Assembly (NCBI RefSeq): GCF_002113885.1
Contig: NW_018480065.1
Coordinates: forward strand, 124,001-188,000
From: Mizuhopecten yessoensis
Lineage: Eukaryota
DNA length: 64,000 nucleotides
Direction: 5' to 3'
The notes below the pieces were generated by a model. That model did not search any database. It was not told the DNA's origin and saw only the letters and a program-made list of their open reading frames with translations. Each line of letters opens with the position of its first letter. The first letter of the stretch is position 1. Positions 51,701 to 64,000 of this stretch are shown in pieces. The position numbers were made by a program, and so were the translations under genes.

Positions 51701-54700
51701 TGTAATACCAAAATTTCGCTAGACAAATATTTATACAATGTATAAAAAAAACCCATGTCTTTTGTACATGTAATAAGAAATAACACACTAAATGTACATG
51801 TACAGCTAAGTAACCAGAACCTAAATAAATTTAGAAAAGTAACTTTGAATATTTTGTGGTAAAAGTCTACAGAAATGTGAGTGAGTTAGGAGAGAAGATC
51901 ACAGCATTAAGGAACAATATACAACTGGTACATTGGTTGCTGGCAAAGGAATCAGATCATCTGCATCGATTTTAGGAATGGATTGAAAATGATTCATATA
52001 CAATGTAATAGAACCAGAGTTTAAACAATGGCACTTTCAAATGGATTAATACTGTAAATCACCTGATCCTTGCAAATACCTATTTCACAAATATATTCGA
52101 AACGACTACAGACCTTGATTTAGGATTTTTGAAACATTGTATTTTTTTCATTTAGAAACTAAAATATCTAAGAAGGTCCCAAATAAAACTTAAATGTTGT
52201 ATCATTAAAACTTCCGATTGTCAAATCAATGTAAATGTGCATAAATGAATGTAAGGTTTCATCAGTATTACCTCTGTGTCGTTGATACTTTGTTCCAGGT
52301 CCTGGATATCATGGTGTCTAGTGGGAAAGAAATTCATATACAGACATATAATTGATTGGTTTTACATTGATATAATCAATCCACTAACACTTCATTCCTC
52401 ATGATTTTGGGAAATATATTTGATTAACACACTTTACATGTATAGTATCTAGTAACAGACTATTTCACTTTAAATGTAAGACTGTTATATTGATGGTAAA
52501 TCCCACAATGAACAAGTCATAATGATGGATGTCACAATTCTAAATGACTTTGAATAGATTAATTTGCGATGACATTCTTCTTCTCCCGATAACTGCGACA
52601 GAACTCATAAGTATGAGTGCAACTGTCACATTGACAATTGTATTTTGGACATGCAGACTAATATTTTGAAATTAGAGTGGAAAATATATAAAACCGGTTT
52701 GTCAGCCATTTTTAATCAGTTGCACTTCATAAACCTTAACTTTTGAATATATAACACTCACCTGAAGTTTTTTTTCACGACTTTATCAAAATCTTTCTTG
52801 TTTGTAACTTTCAATCTGAAAAGAAACAGAACTATATATTGTGCCTTTTCAAAACAAAAACAAAAGCACACATATACACATATATATAACACATTCACCC
52901 TTGAAGACACATCTCAAAGGTTGGAATACTGTTTATTATGAAATTTTAGGGGTGAATGAGATAATGATCAATCAAGTGAGAAAGCAAGTATGGTGATAAC
53001 TGATCGATCATTGCCATAATGACATATAGCGATAAATAAAACATAATCTAGTTAATTAAATAAATCCAGTTAATTAAATAAATAAAACATAATCTAGTTA
53101 ATTATTTGATGGTTGTTACAGGAAGGTGGTCTTCATTGACAGTTGGTCTTCATAGACAGGTGGTCTTCATAGACAGGTGGTCTTCATAGACAGTTGGTCT
53201 TCAAAGTTCAGTGTACACTGTATTTTCCCAACAGGTTAGGATACTGATTTCAGTATCTAGGTTCGATAAAAGACATTCCATTTTTCCAGTGATTTTTTTA
53301 ATTTGAATTTGTATGATCACATTTTTTCTCAAAGTGAAGATATGATATACCTGGTACATTATTTGACTTTTTGAAAAACCATGAAGCATAGTCATTTGAT
53401 AAATTTACATGTGCTTTTCAAATCCCAGGGGTTTTGAAAAACAATCTCTTTGATGAAATTGGCAAAGAAATTATTGCCATAATAGCAAATTGGAAAAATT
53501 TGGATAATAATTATGACCACTACATGAAATAAGACACTTTTCTTTTACACTTACCGGCCTGCTGTACATGTAACCACAGGGAATTGACACGTTACTATGA
53601 CCCAAACTTCGCGAGCCAAGGGTGTTCAATACGATACTCTCCTATGAATAGGAGAGTATCGTATTGAACACCCTTGGCTCACGAAGTTGCTATGACCCAG
53701 AATGAAAAATAATACCCCATGGTCCGACCCCCAGATGACTTGATCTGGGGGTCGGACCATGGGTAATTGTTTTTTTCATTTTGATTTTGGGTCAAAGGAA
53801 CGTTTCAAGTCCCTGTGCATGTAACCCACTATGTTGAAACTCAGTTCACTTGTAGGAATTTATTAAATCTTGTATTAAGTTCTTTAGTTTTTTATTTTTT
53901 ATTTAAAAAAGAAATGTTCTGATATCCCCTGACATCTCATTAGTACATGTACAAGGAACATTAAAGAACTTTTTTTGTGTAATATGATATCACTGACATT
54001 ATCTTCATTCCATATAAGGAGGTATCTATGGATTACATTATAAGTTAATGACAAAAGGAAATTAAGTATGTGATAACTGATGCCTATATAGAGATACCTT
54101 TCAAATGCATTCCTGTAAGTTGAAGCAAGTCCAAACAATTTGCTGATTTTTCCATTTACAAAGTCATTGACACCATTGGTTTCTGTAAATTAAAAGTATT
54201 TTTTAACATTATAAATAGGTATATGAATGCAACCAAGATAATATCAATGTTATGTATTTCTTTTTAAAATGAGAACATGTATTGTGATATATTGATATTG
54301 TAATACATATATGTATGTATATTGCTATATTTTGTGATAAAACGAGATTTATTTGAAAATACTGTCAATTATTTAAATAAGTGCCTAGCACCTATGTAAT
54401 TTGCGCAGGCATTTTTTGAGTAATTCAAGTTCCGAAAATCGAACTCAGATAATGAAAAACAAACCGCTTTGGATTCTTAGGATTTTTGTAATTTGTTTAT
54501 TATAAGTAAGTTCATAAGTATTGTTTACAGGTACAATGATGTTAAAACTAAGAAGAAACTGCCTACATGTAATAAACTACATTTGCTGTGTTGATTTTGT
54601 TTGTCCACACATGTATTCAGTTGTATATTCATATAGATGATGACTAATAATTTGTTGATCTGGTCGAGTTGTGAACAATCTGACCTTCCAATTGCATCAA

Positions 54701-55575
54701 TAGCTAGAGTTTGATTCCCAACATTGTTTTAACATGAAAAATTCATATAAAATAGTTTTTCTCCTGCCCACACAACTCCAACAACCCACTGGCAGTGTAT
54801 AAAATGGTCTGGGATGGGTGTGACCGTGTCTGTGCTGTATCATTCAAAAGAGGTTGCATTATGAAAAAGATACTTTTAGTGTTGGAAGCATGGTCCTACC
54901 CCCAAAACAGAACACTACTACATCTCCAGCATACATGAAGGAATGCATATATGTGGGAATAGTTAGCAAGATGGCATAAGACTTGTAGTTGGTGCCTGAT
55001 AAGGCAGCTCCTACGAAAATCTTCAGAATGTATATTTATGTATTGTAAGCCCCTCCGAGTGGCTTATTCTAGCTCGAAAGGGATCTTTATCAGATGCCAT
55101 ATGTTCACCTGGACATCTAATAAATAGCCCCATCTAGCTGGAATAAGCCTTATCAGGCACTAACTACTAGTCTTATGCCAGTGTAATTTTAAGTATGGCT
55201 GCTTGTTGACCATTTACCGGGTAATAATGACTGCATGATAATATCCTTGTTGGAATTCTATCCATTTTCAAGGTGGTTTCTTTTTTCAAATTTAAGATAA
55301 ATGAAAGTAAGCAATTCAACAAACATTTAATAGCTGCTGATTGGAATATCAAGATTTAAAATTGGTAATGCAAAAAAATATCAATTCAATTTACTTCCAA
55401 GTATTCAATTGACTATCAAGTACTGCATTATATCTTTACTACAGCCGTAGACCTGAAATGAAATCATACCTTTAACAACATTCCGGGAAAATTTTAGAAT
55501 ATCTTCCTCTCTGTCTAAAATGTTTTTCAGGCTATGTCGCAGGTCCGACAATACTTCAGCCTCCTCCGTTGTCAT
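45720..55575 (-). CDS. SELENOL: Selenoprotein L (thioredoxin/AhpC-TSA-like fold, UxxU motif, two Sec); 10 coding exons, 304 aa
   Basis: Exons 55575-55470, 54182-54098, 52815-52762, 52317-52272, 51086-50853, 50502-50380, 49561-49523, 47575-47477, 46699-46592, 45740-45720. LILLRHFA-U-LP-U-REH with TGA at 50897-50895 and 50888-50886; downstream QMGGDFVLD..DRPSV. SECIS present. Probable 5' UTR exon ends at 57521. Confidence 0.94.
48057..48321. mobile_element. Harbinger-like MITE with 3-bp CTG TSD, inserted in an older repeat
   Basis: TIR ggcctgtattcatgaa..ctcatgctcaag / cttgagcatgagaattcatgaatacgggcc; ctg at 48054-48056 and 48322-48324. Partial relative near 63530. Confidence 0.75.
49718..50138. 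mobile_element. Two interleaved TRIM-like LTR elements with tRNA-like LTRs, in opposite orientation
   Basis: Plus element: LTR end tgtcctattaca 49738-49749, PBS tggtgccgt, purine tract agaaaaaagggggaa, LTR 49844-50000 (TGT..ACA) with A/B boxes. Minus element: LTR 50138-50041, PBS tggcgcccaacttggggc 50038-50021, LTR end repeated at 49737-49718. Confidence 0.7.
53125..53203. repeat. 17-bp tandem repeat, 4-5 copies
   Basis: ggtggtcttcatagaca units. Confidence 0.8.
53575..53817. mobile_element. Palindromic MITE (8-bp TSD) containing a nested 86-bp hairpin element (9-bp TSD)
   Basis: Outer: cacaggg..ccctgtg with TSD catgtaac (53567-53574, 53818-53825). Inner: 53604-53689 with TSD ctatgaccc (53595-53603, 53690-53698). 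Confidence 0.88.
54972..55180. mobile_element. MITE
   Basis: TIR tggcataagacttgtagttggtgcctgataaggc / gccttatcaggcactaactactagtcttatgcca. Confidence 0.7.
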
Positions 55576-57520
55576 TCCAAGGTATGCACTTTAACTGAAA
55601 AAGTAAATCTTCATGATTAGAAATAAAGAGGAGATACATATATGACTCGTAATGATCTATAAATAATTGAGATAATTCATTTTTGAATATAATTAAAGTA
55701 CCACCAGACCTGTTTTATATACACATGCATGTAAACCATTCCTATAAAAGGTACATACTATATCATTCTAATGTATGAAAGTACTTAATTAAGCTGCACA
55801 TGACTTTCCCCTCAATCCTTGAAGAAATTCTGCAATTTATCATTGCAGATTTGTATTGATTTGCAAAGGGGACAATTATTGAAAATAGATCAAAATAATG
55901 TTTGGACATTTTCTTAATACATTGTATTATGTATTTTATCCAATGACTAAAATACTGGTTTGTTTGGCGACTTCAAAAGTATATAATGACACATACAGAT
56001 TGTGTTTAGGTCCTTATCCTTAGCCTTAAATTATTATTGATATCATTAAACCTGACTAGTTAACAGGAATCTTTCCCTTTCTTTACTGATCAGGGATAAT
56101 GCAGACTAACTAATTAAGGATAACAATCTGCATAGAGTGTTACAGATCATTAGTGCCAGTTAAGAATTGCATTTGTAGTTTTAATTTGTTTTCATAACAT
56201 ACTACCTAAACTTTCCACAACATGTACAGACACAGTGCTCTTTTGTCAAATATCGTTTGTATTCATGCAATCAGCATTTGTTCTCTCAATGCAGTTTTGA
56301 TACCCATCGCTTCCCCATCAAACATCATCCCCATCCCACTATAAATCCTTGCACCCTTTCTCTTTCTTTTCCCTGCACATGTTATACTTTATATATATTT
56401 ATATTTATTTATATGAATTATAATATTGTCAGTACTGATCCATAGCTGCTGTTATGTCCATAAGGAGACGGATTTACATAAGTACTATGTACTTGTTTCT
56501 GGATCCTTTTCTGTATTAATAACCATGTACTATTGTAATTTAACATCAATAAAAAATAAAGTTTAAACTAAGGATAACAATTGTTTGTGCATTCCACATA
56601 AATGTGAACATCTTAATCAGAGGCTGGCAGACTAAAACCATCAAAATATAAAACTGATCATTAAATACTATCCATGTTTGATTATCATTTTTCATATTTG
56701 TTGTTTCAGAAATAGAAACAGTTCTCAATAAAAACCTTAGAAATATTTATATATCTGAGCTGGACGTGATGGGTTTGAAAGTTTGTTTCAGTTCATTGAA
56801 ATTGAAACATTGGCATTATTTGAAGAAAAAAGTAACATTTACCTTTAGCAATGATACAAGTACAATTAAAAAAAGAGGACTTTGAGGTCCTGCTTCTATG
56901 TATGCATGTAAGGAGCTGACATTTTCAGTTAAATAGAACTTGCAGTAAATATAATAGCTAAGGTTGATAAAAAGGAAACATGGAATATTCTCAAATAGGA
57001 ACGGATTGGCTCGAATTCAAATGGTTGTGGATACCACAAGTACTCGATATCGGGCTATAGTATATGTTACATAAGCCACCTGTGGTGGTTATATATTAAC
57101 TCAAATTCATGTGTATACATGTTTTAATTGAACTTGCATGGTACATTATATTTTGTATGTGGGAATTGAAGATGTAAGTGATGTGTTTTGATAAAAGCTT
57201 AAATGTGTAATTATTGAACATTATCATCAGTCTGCAAACAAACTTACCAGTCAATAAAATTGTTATGTGGCCGATGGCGATATGTAAAGCATAGCAGGTA
57301 ATCTTCAAATCTCAGCTGTTATCAGTTCAGATGTCAAGGCCATGCTGTCATCCGTTCATTTGCAGAGTATAGTTTTCTTGCGATATAATTATCTGTAGTT
57401 AGTGATTTTCATATGATTACGATATGACTAATAAATATCATGAATGAAATACAAGGAACAACTTAACCTTAATCCACATCCCCTCCCCCTTTTTTTGATC
57501 AAAGTGAAAGTAAATCTTAC

Positions 57521-57830
57521 TCGTTAATACTCTTATGAATACCACTGTTTCAAAGCTTTAGAATGACAATGATGACAGTGGCATTCGGATATCCTAAGAC
57601 TTTTGGTACACACTGAAGAAAACGTCAGTGTGTCGAAAATCGAGGAAATCCCCGGTGAATATACTTTCCATCCTGTGTTTGTGCAGCAGAGCGTTGATGT
57701 GGAACATAAACGCTATCAAAATATTGTAGGCACAACTGGCCGCTTTGACATTTCCTCTGATTTAATCAACTCATTATTGTGGTACCGGTAAGTCGTCAAA
57801 TATAACTTCCTATCGCGCGAGTATCGGCGA
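57521..57830. promoter_or_regulatory. Probable bidirectional promoter and non-coding first exons of SELENOL (minus) and TMEM160-like (plus)
   Basis: Divergent donors at 57520 (minus, gtaaga) and 57788 (plus, gtaagt) flank a CpG-enriched stretch; tcgcgcgag motif near 57813. Confidence 0.5.
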
Positions 57831-58067
57831 ACAACACGAATCACCTGCCGTTATGCTGCAGAAGGCTTTTTGTAAGGCCTAACAGTAACAGTAGTGACAC
57901 TGACAGGTCTTTCTCCCATACAAATAGAGGATTTTAACCAATTTTTATAAAATTCCTTTTCTGTATGAATGATGAGATTTTCACTAATTTGATATAAAGC
58001 ATCCTTGGGCAAAAGAGGACACAATTTTGCTTGACTGAAGGTTATGGCTCCCCATGGGGGCAGCGGA

Positions 58068-58316
58068 ACCCAAGTTTCCTCTGGCCCGACATCAGACTTA
58101 GACATTTTGACATGTCTGGTGTAGGGCCAGAGCACTCTACTATGAAACGAAAACGTGGAATTCTCCTAAACCGTTTTGGTATTGGAGAGTTTTGAGGTGC
58201 TGACAAGATACAAGATACCAGAAACTTTATTTTTTGTCGTATATATATAACATGTAACATTAGCTCTGAAGAGAAATGTCTAAGTCTGGTGTCAGGGCCA
58301 GAAGAAACTCGTGCTT
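58068..58316. mobile_element. Copy of the 17427 MITE family; a further internal fragment lies at about 58625-58765 (minus)
   Basis: cccaagtttcctctggccc..cagacttagacattttgac / aaatgtctaagtctggtgtcagggccagaagaaactcg. Confidence 0.72.
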
Positions 58317-60175
58317 AGAGGAAAACAAGTTCATACAAAAGCACACACAAAAATAAGACCATATTTAACTAAAATAAGATATTTATTAAAAAAACCACAC
58401 ACATTACACTATGAGATTATATTTGATTAAGATAATGGAATGTGGTAAAGGAAAATTTGTTTAGTTACAATCACGGTATCGAAAAAATGATCAAAATTTT
58501 AAATATATGTAAAATACATTTGAGTCTGTTAAGATCCTGATTTCTTATGTAAATACAGCAAAATAACAATACGGCTCAGAGAAAAGGTGATGGGGTATCC
58601 CCTACCTACCAAGTCCTCTGATAATGATAATGACAACAACACATACTTCACAACTATTGATAAATGAAATATTCTTTGATCCAAATCCACCCTTATTATC
58701 ACCAAAAGCTGCTTCATTCCATCAGTGGAGTCCTCAATTTTCAATCGTCCAAAATTTCCCATCAGAGCAATGCTATTTTTTAGGAAAAAGTAAATTAATT
58801 TCATTCTGTAGGAATGGAGAAATTTTAACCAAATTAGGTCCATCCTTGAGAATACAAGACTCAATTTTTTGTAAATGGAGGGTGCGGTCCCTTGTTAAAG
58901 TAAATAGAGATAAATGTTAAAATCCTTTTCCTTCCATAAGTGATGGGCTGATGATCGATTATAATAGAAAATTGATTGGTTTGTTCTTTCCAGATTACAA
59001 ATTCCATATCAATATCATTTGTTCATAATTGAAATCAGAGTATTTAAATGTCTTTCATGTAAAGTATGCTTTGAAAGTCATATATTGTTATGATTTATTG
59101 ATTTATACTATATGGTTGATAAAAATGCATAAACGTTGCTTGGCATACATTCATTATAAAAGAATAAAACCTGATGTATAATGAACAATGCTGTCTATTG
59201 ATGTAATAGAAGTGCTCTAACTTTATTTGGATATTCAGTCCCAAATAAATTATAAACCGATAATGCCATCGCTCAGTGATCTGTTTACTACCCAACACTA
59301 CCCTCCATACAGAAGAAGGAATCTAAACCAAATTTGATATAGATTGTCCTTAGCCCAACAAGATTCAATGTTGTATAATCTATGGGTGCCCCCAAACCCC
59401 AATGGGGACAGAGGGATGGTAGCCAAAAAGATGTTGCAGAGAGACGAAGCCATGCAATATTTTGAAATATTTGCAGTATAATATTTAATGAATTTTATTT
59501 GCCATGATTGCTTAAATAACCAGGCCCTCTGGGCGTCTTAAATTATAGTTCTACATCCAGTAAATCCAAAATGGCAGCTTCCATTAAAAGAATTTGTGCA
59601 TGCACAATTTCCTAAATTAAGCAAGTTAACTTGACCTCCTAGCTGGGAAAGATTTTGGTCTGCTGGATAACCGAACTACTTGGTAGTGAAGCGGACGTAA
59701 AACCTATCAATCATCAGGGAGAGATTTCATTGTAGGTTTTGACTGAAGTTTCTGATATGTACGTACATGTTACCCATGAAGCTCAATTTGTTAGGCTGCT
59801 TTGCAGGCTCACTGAAGGGCTTCCGTCAAAAGTTAATCTTTTAGTAAATTTATATACCGGTATTCTTATTTCTTAACATATAAATGTTTTAGTCCAAAGG
59901 ACTGGTTGCTCAGTATTGATTTAATATTGTGCTGGTGACAGTCGTATATCTGGATAAATCCAAAATGTCTATACCAAGGCTATTACTAGGCTTAGTGCAG
60001 AGCTTTTTATTGACCCTGATCAATTGATTGTGCTTCACTTCCTTGTTGCATTTGTATCCAAGCTTAGTGCAAAGGTTTTAATCAACCCAGAATGCAATAA
60101 TTTTCTTTCAACAGCATCAATTATCTTTTTTTTTCAATATATTTGACAGTATGCCACATTACTCATTGGAATAGT

Positions 60176-62240
60176 ATGGCCTCCCTGAGAAGATGTTTTG
60201 TGTTTCTGACAAAGACTGCCAAGACTGGGAAAAATTTCACATGTCTGAATGGCAGAAAATTGTGTTTACAACAAAGTGCATCACACATGACATTGGCTAG
60301 AGCAGAGTTGGTGAAACCGTCTTTGCTTCACAGACTGGCAGGAACATCTGACCTTTCCAGGACATTTACCCATCATTCTCACAGGAGTGAGGACCATGAT
60401 TCCCCGCCTGAAAAACTATCTGATAGTTCGCTGGTAATATTTGATTTTGTTCCCACCAATTCTGTCTGTAAACCTCTGTCAAGTCATAAAAATATACATG
60501 CAATCAAAGAGCTTGTGGTAGGAGGTCAAAGGATATATTCCTTTGATTTAAACTGTTTGAAAATTTTTTTAGCCTGAAAATTATTGAAGGCATATGAAAA
60601 TGTATGATCACCAAGTGTCTTAAAGATGAATAGAACAAGTAGTATGACAATATCGGGCTAGACTTAGATTAAAACTTTCTTTTCATGATGCCCAATATAA
60701 TTATCATTTGAACTATTTGAGATACATGTACCTATAGTTACATAATTATAATGAATTAAACTGATTAGGCAGAAAATATTCTCTGATTTATCATTTGATT
60801 TTTTTTTTCAGAACTGTCGTCTTGCTGCTGAAAATGGTATGTCTGTAGAAAGATAAGCATGCAAATTTTAAATATCCAAAGAATATTTAAGAGAACAATT
60901 TGAGAGAATCAATTTAATTTAATTTAATTTAATTAATTTCAGAACGGCATATGCTGGGTGTAGCAGCCTAAGGGTTAATAGTCATTATCAAATCTTTTCA
61001 AATCTCAAACAGTTGCTGCTGTTATATTCAATATTGTTATATATAATAGTTCATACTTGCAAACTTTTGAAATTTCCATGGGGAAGATTCCCTGTGCTCA
61101 GAATTAAAAACTGAAAAAAAGATCGGTATAGACCTATAGGGGGAAAATAACGCTTTTAAAATGGAAGATTTTGAATTTGTCCATCAGATGAAATCATTAG
61201 ATCTTAAATATATAGGAATAATTCAACAAATTCAATGGTTGGAAATATTGAAATTAAGGGTCCAAAATCGGAAGTCTCGCTCCTAAATAGGGAGAGCTGG
61301 CAAGTATGATTGTTATTCTTTTGGTATTAATACACATTTAAAAAATTGTATAGCAAATCTGTGATTTCAGTGGATCAGTGTTGAATATATGGTTTGTTTA
61401 CCAGGGTATCTGTCCTGGACAAGGAACGCCTACATCTCCTGTGTGGCAGGCTGTGCCCTACTCACACATGTACAAACTGAGTCAATGGTGGACGCTGTAT
61501 TTGGTATGTTGGTATTTTTTCATTGTGGCAGGTTTTCAGTGGGTTGCTGTAAAACTCCTAATCTGTAAATAAAAATAAAAATATGTATTGATTCAAAGTA
61601 TATTTCACCATCCTGTCATACTGCATTTCTATGCATTGTTTTTCACAAATACGGTATACCAGGACATTTTTCGAACAGTCAAATGTTTGCCCTTCGACGC
61701 TAAAATCTTGATTCGACCAACACTAAATTTGCCCTCCACGTTTATTGACTATGTATACATGAATTATGTTGTTTACAAATGTTCGCTGATAACTGAATTT
61801 TCATAATGAACTATCTTAACCTATGAATTGAAAGAGTTCAAATGTGTCCTCAGGGGTGAATGAGTTAATATTTACTCTAAAATAGTTGTGGTACATGCAT
61901 CAGATTTGTTTATAGCCAGCTTGTAAATGTAGACAGAAGCGAAATGTATAATTGAGATTTGTCATCTGCAATGTTTCACTTTAAAAAAAGAACAGTTTTG
62001 CAATTTTTAGGTATACTTTTCATATCGTGGATGAACATGACGTGTGGAACTGCTGTTTACACGTGGAACTTGCTGTCGATGCGGAGGCGGGTACAGATGA
62101 GTGGTCCCCTCACTTTTTTCTACCTCACAATGGTTCTGCTTCATTTCATGATATTTACAGCAGCCATGGTGGTCAACCATGCCGACTTCGACTCCACAAA
62201 GATAGAGGGACTGAAACCTGAGGAATCTGAGCTGAGTTAA
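60176..62240 (+). CDS. TMEM160: Transmembrane protein 160-like (mitochondrial, DUF202-related), 203 aa
   Basis: Exons 60176-60433, 60812-60836, 61405-61503, 62011-62240. Basic N-terminal presequence-like region; RLAAENGYLSWTRNA resembles recalled TMEM160 RKAHETAFLSWFRNG; three hydrophobic segments follow. Confidence 0.8.
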
Positions 62241-62449
62241 CTTTACCTGATGGCATAACTAAATACTCTTGATAATGCTTAATATATAATGCTGGTTCTA
62301 TTATTGATAATTTCTAGATCCAATAATATTTTTTATAGTTATGATGATTAAAAAGTTAATTTTTTTATTGTCAAGTGTCTTAGAATATAGAGGTTTGTTA
62401 TACAAACAGAGCTTCACAGATGTCTACATAAAAGTAGTAAAATAATGTG

Positions 62450-62657
62450 TACTGGGAAACTTTCATCCGGATAAACTTTCGCCCTACACAGGTAAAATCT
62501 ATTTCGCACAATGTTAATTTCGCCCTTCACGTTTGATTACTACATTTATTATATCGCTAACTACAGTTCGCTGTAATGATAACATCACTCTCGTTTAATA
62601 CAGAGGGCAAAAAAGGTGAAAACTACACTGAGGTGAAAATTTCTTGGTATACAGTAA
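62450..62657. mobile_element. Short dispersed repeat (tactg..tttcgccc..tacagta family); relatives near 14015, 49330, 61650 and 63890
   Basis: Shared tttcgccc / gttcgctgtaat motifs in several copies. Confidence 0.5.
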
Positions 62658-63602
62658 TTCATTGGAGACTAGGAGGCTTGTTTTAAGTTTACATGGCGTG
62701 AAGATCATGTGAGGTTAAGCCATGGTACATTGTCTGTCGTCGGTCCATTGACTTTTCATGAATAATTCCATATTCAGAAAGGCTACATGGTTAAGATAAG
62801 GGGAATCAATTTGGATTAAATGAAGAGTGGGGCATACCCGGGGGAAAGTTCATCCAGGTTAGCAGTACAGGCCTGTTATTAAAAATCCACATCAAGTGAC
62901 AATTGGCAGAGGAGATTGTTTTTACAAAATTCTGATGTCAAGAGATATTTCGCAATGGGAGATTTATTTTATTTTGTCAAAATTAGTCACTAATCTTATA
63001 AAGATATTTAGAGACATTTTGTGCTTTGTTTGCCACCCAAGTCCATAACAAAACGGTGATGATGAAGGATTCATGTATTAGCAATATTTCTTGTCATCAT
63101 ACTAAATGTTGAGCTTTTCGCTAGGACGTTGATGAAAATAATTTACATTTGTGACTAGTCCTTACAAATGGGGTGAAAATGGTCCTGGGCTTAATCCAGA
63201 ATAGTTAACTTTAGCTAAAGGTCTTGATGTAAAACATGTATATATTATACACATGCTGATAAGTATACTGCAATGTATGTGCAGATGTCCTTTTCTCTTT
63301 GGCCCAAACATTTGTTTACAAATTTAAGATTTTTTGCTCAAGAGCAATATCTTGTTACGGCGATAAATAAATGAACAATCATTTGTTGTCAATGATTTGG
63401 AAGTATGTTCGAGCGATTTGAAGCCGAATACCGTTTTCAATTTCTAGACTTGACTTTAAAAGTGAGAAATGGTTTAAGCAAGCTATAAGAAAACCAGTAT
63501 GAGCACATAATCCATTCTAGAGAATGAGTTCCGTTTCATGAAACTGTTCTCATGCTCAAAATCAGAATCTGTGCTGAGGATAAAGTATAAACATGTCCTC
63601 GA

Positions 63603-63787
63603 GGCATGTCCAAACAAGACAATAATATGTCCAAACAAGACAATGATATGTCAAGACAATGATATGTCCAAACAAGACAATGATATGACAAGACAATGAT
63701 ATGTCCAAACAAGACAATAATATGTCCAAACAAGACAATGATATGTCCAAACAAGACAATGATATGTCCAAACAAGACAATAATGCT
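63603..63787. repeat. 21-bp minisatellite, about 9 units
   Basis: atgtccaaacaagacaatgat units. Confidence 0.9.
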
Positions 63788-64000
63788 GAGCACTGTTTCA
63801 AAGACTGTCACCTCAAAGTGCACATCTTTCACACAGGTATCATAAGCTATGTTATCTATGTTAACATAAGACATGTCACTACCATATAGTTGCCAATATT
63901 CAAAGGGGTTTTAATTTCGCTACTTTCGCATACAAATTTTGTACCTTGCGAAATTTTGTACCTTGTGAAATTTTAGAGTGTGTCCAGAACATTCATGTTT

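Noticed and set aside
58529-58920. ORFs including a GGFGS dUTPase-like motif
   Set aside because: The sequence matches the internal part of the 17427 MITE family, and the frame carrying the motif has several stops.
63536-63889. Repetitive ORFs on both strands
   Set aside because: 21-bp minisatellite.

Overview
Eukaryotic, AT-rich, intron-rich animal DNA. The repeat families suggest a bivalve mollusc, probably an oyster (inference). The ORF track is mostly noise because the genes are spliced. Manual exon assembly gives six protein-coding genes arranged as three head-to-head pairs. Pair 1 is TOP6BL (meiotic SPO11 partner, minus strand) and MBIP (plus). Pair 2 is RNF8 (FHA-RING E3 ligase with an extra RG/acidic/CCHC tail, minus) and FAU (FUBI-RPS30, plus, hosting a candidate intronic H/ACA snoRNA). 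Pair 3 is selenoprotein L (two in-frame UGA codons in a UxxU motif plus a type II SECIS, minus) and a TMEM160-like gene (plus). Introns and UTRs hold minisatellites at exon boundaries, MITEs with readable target-site duplications, Helentron-like elements, SINEs and TRIM-like LTR elements whose terminal repeats are tRNA-like. There is one 557-N assembly gap. All family assignments come from recalled motifs, not from database searches.
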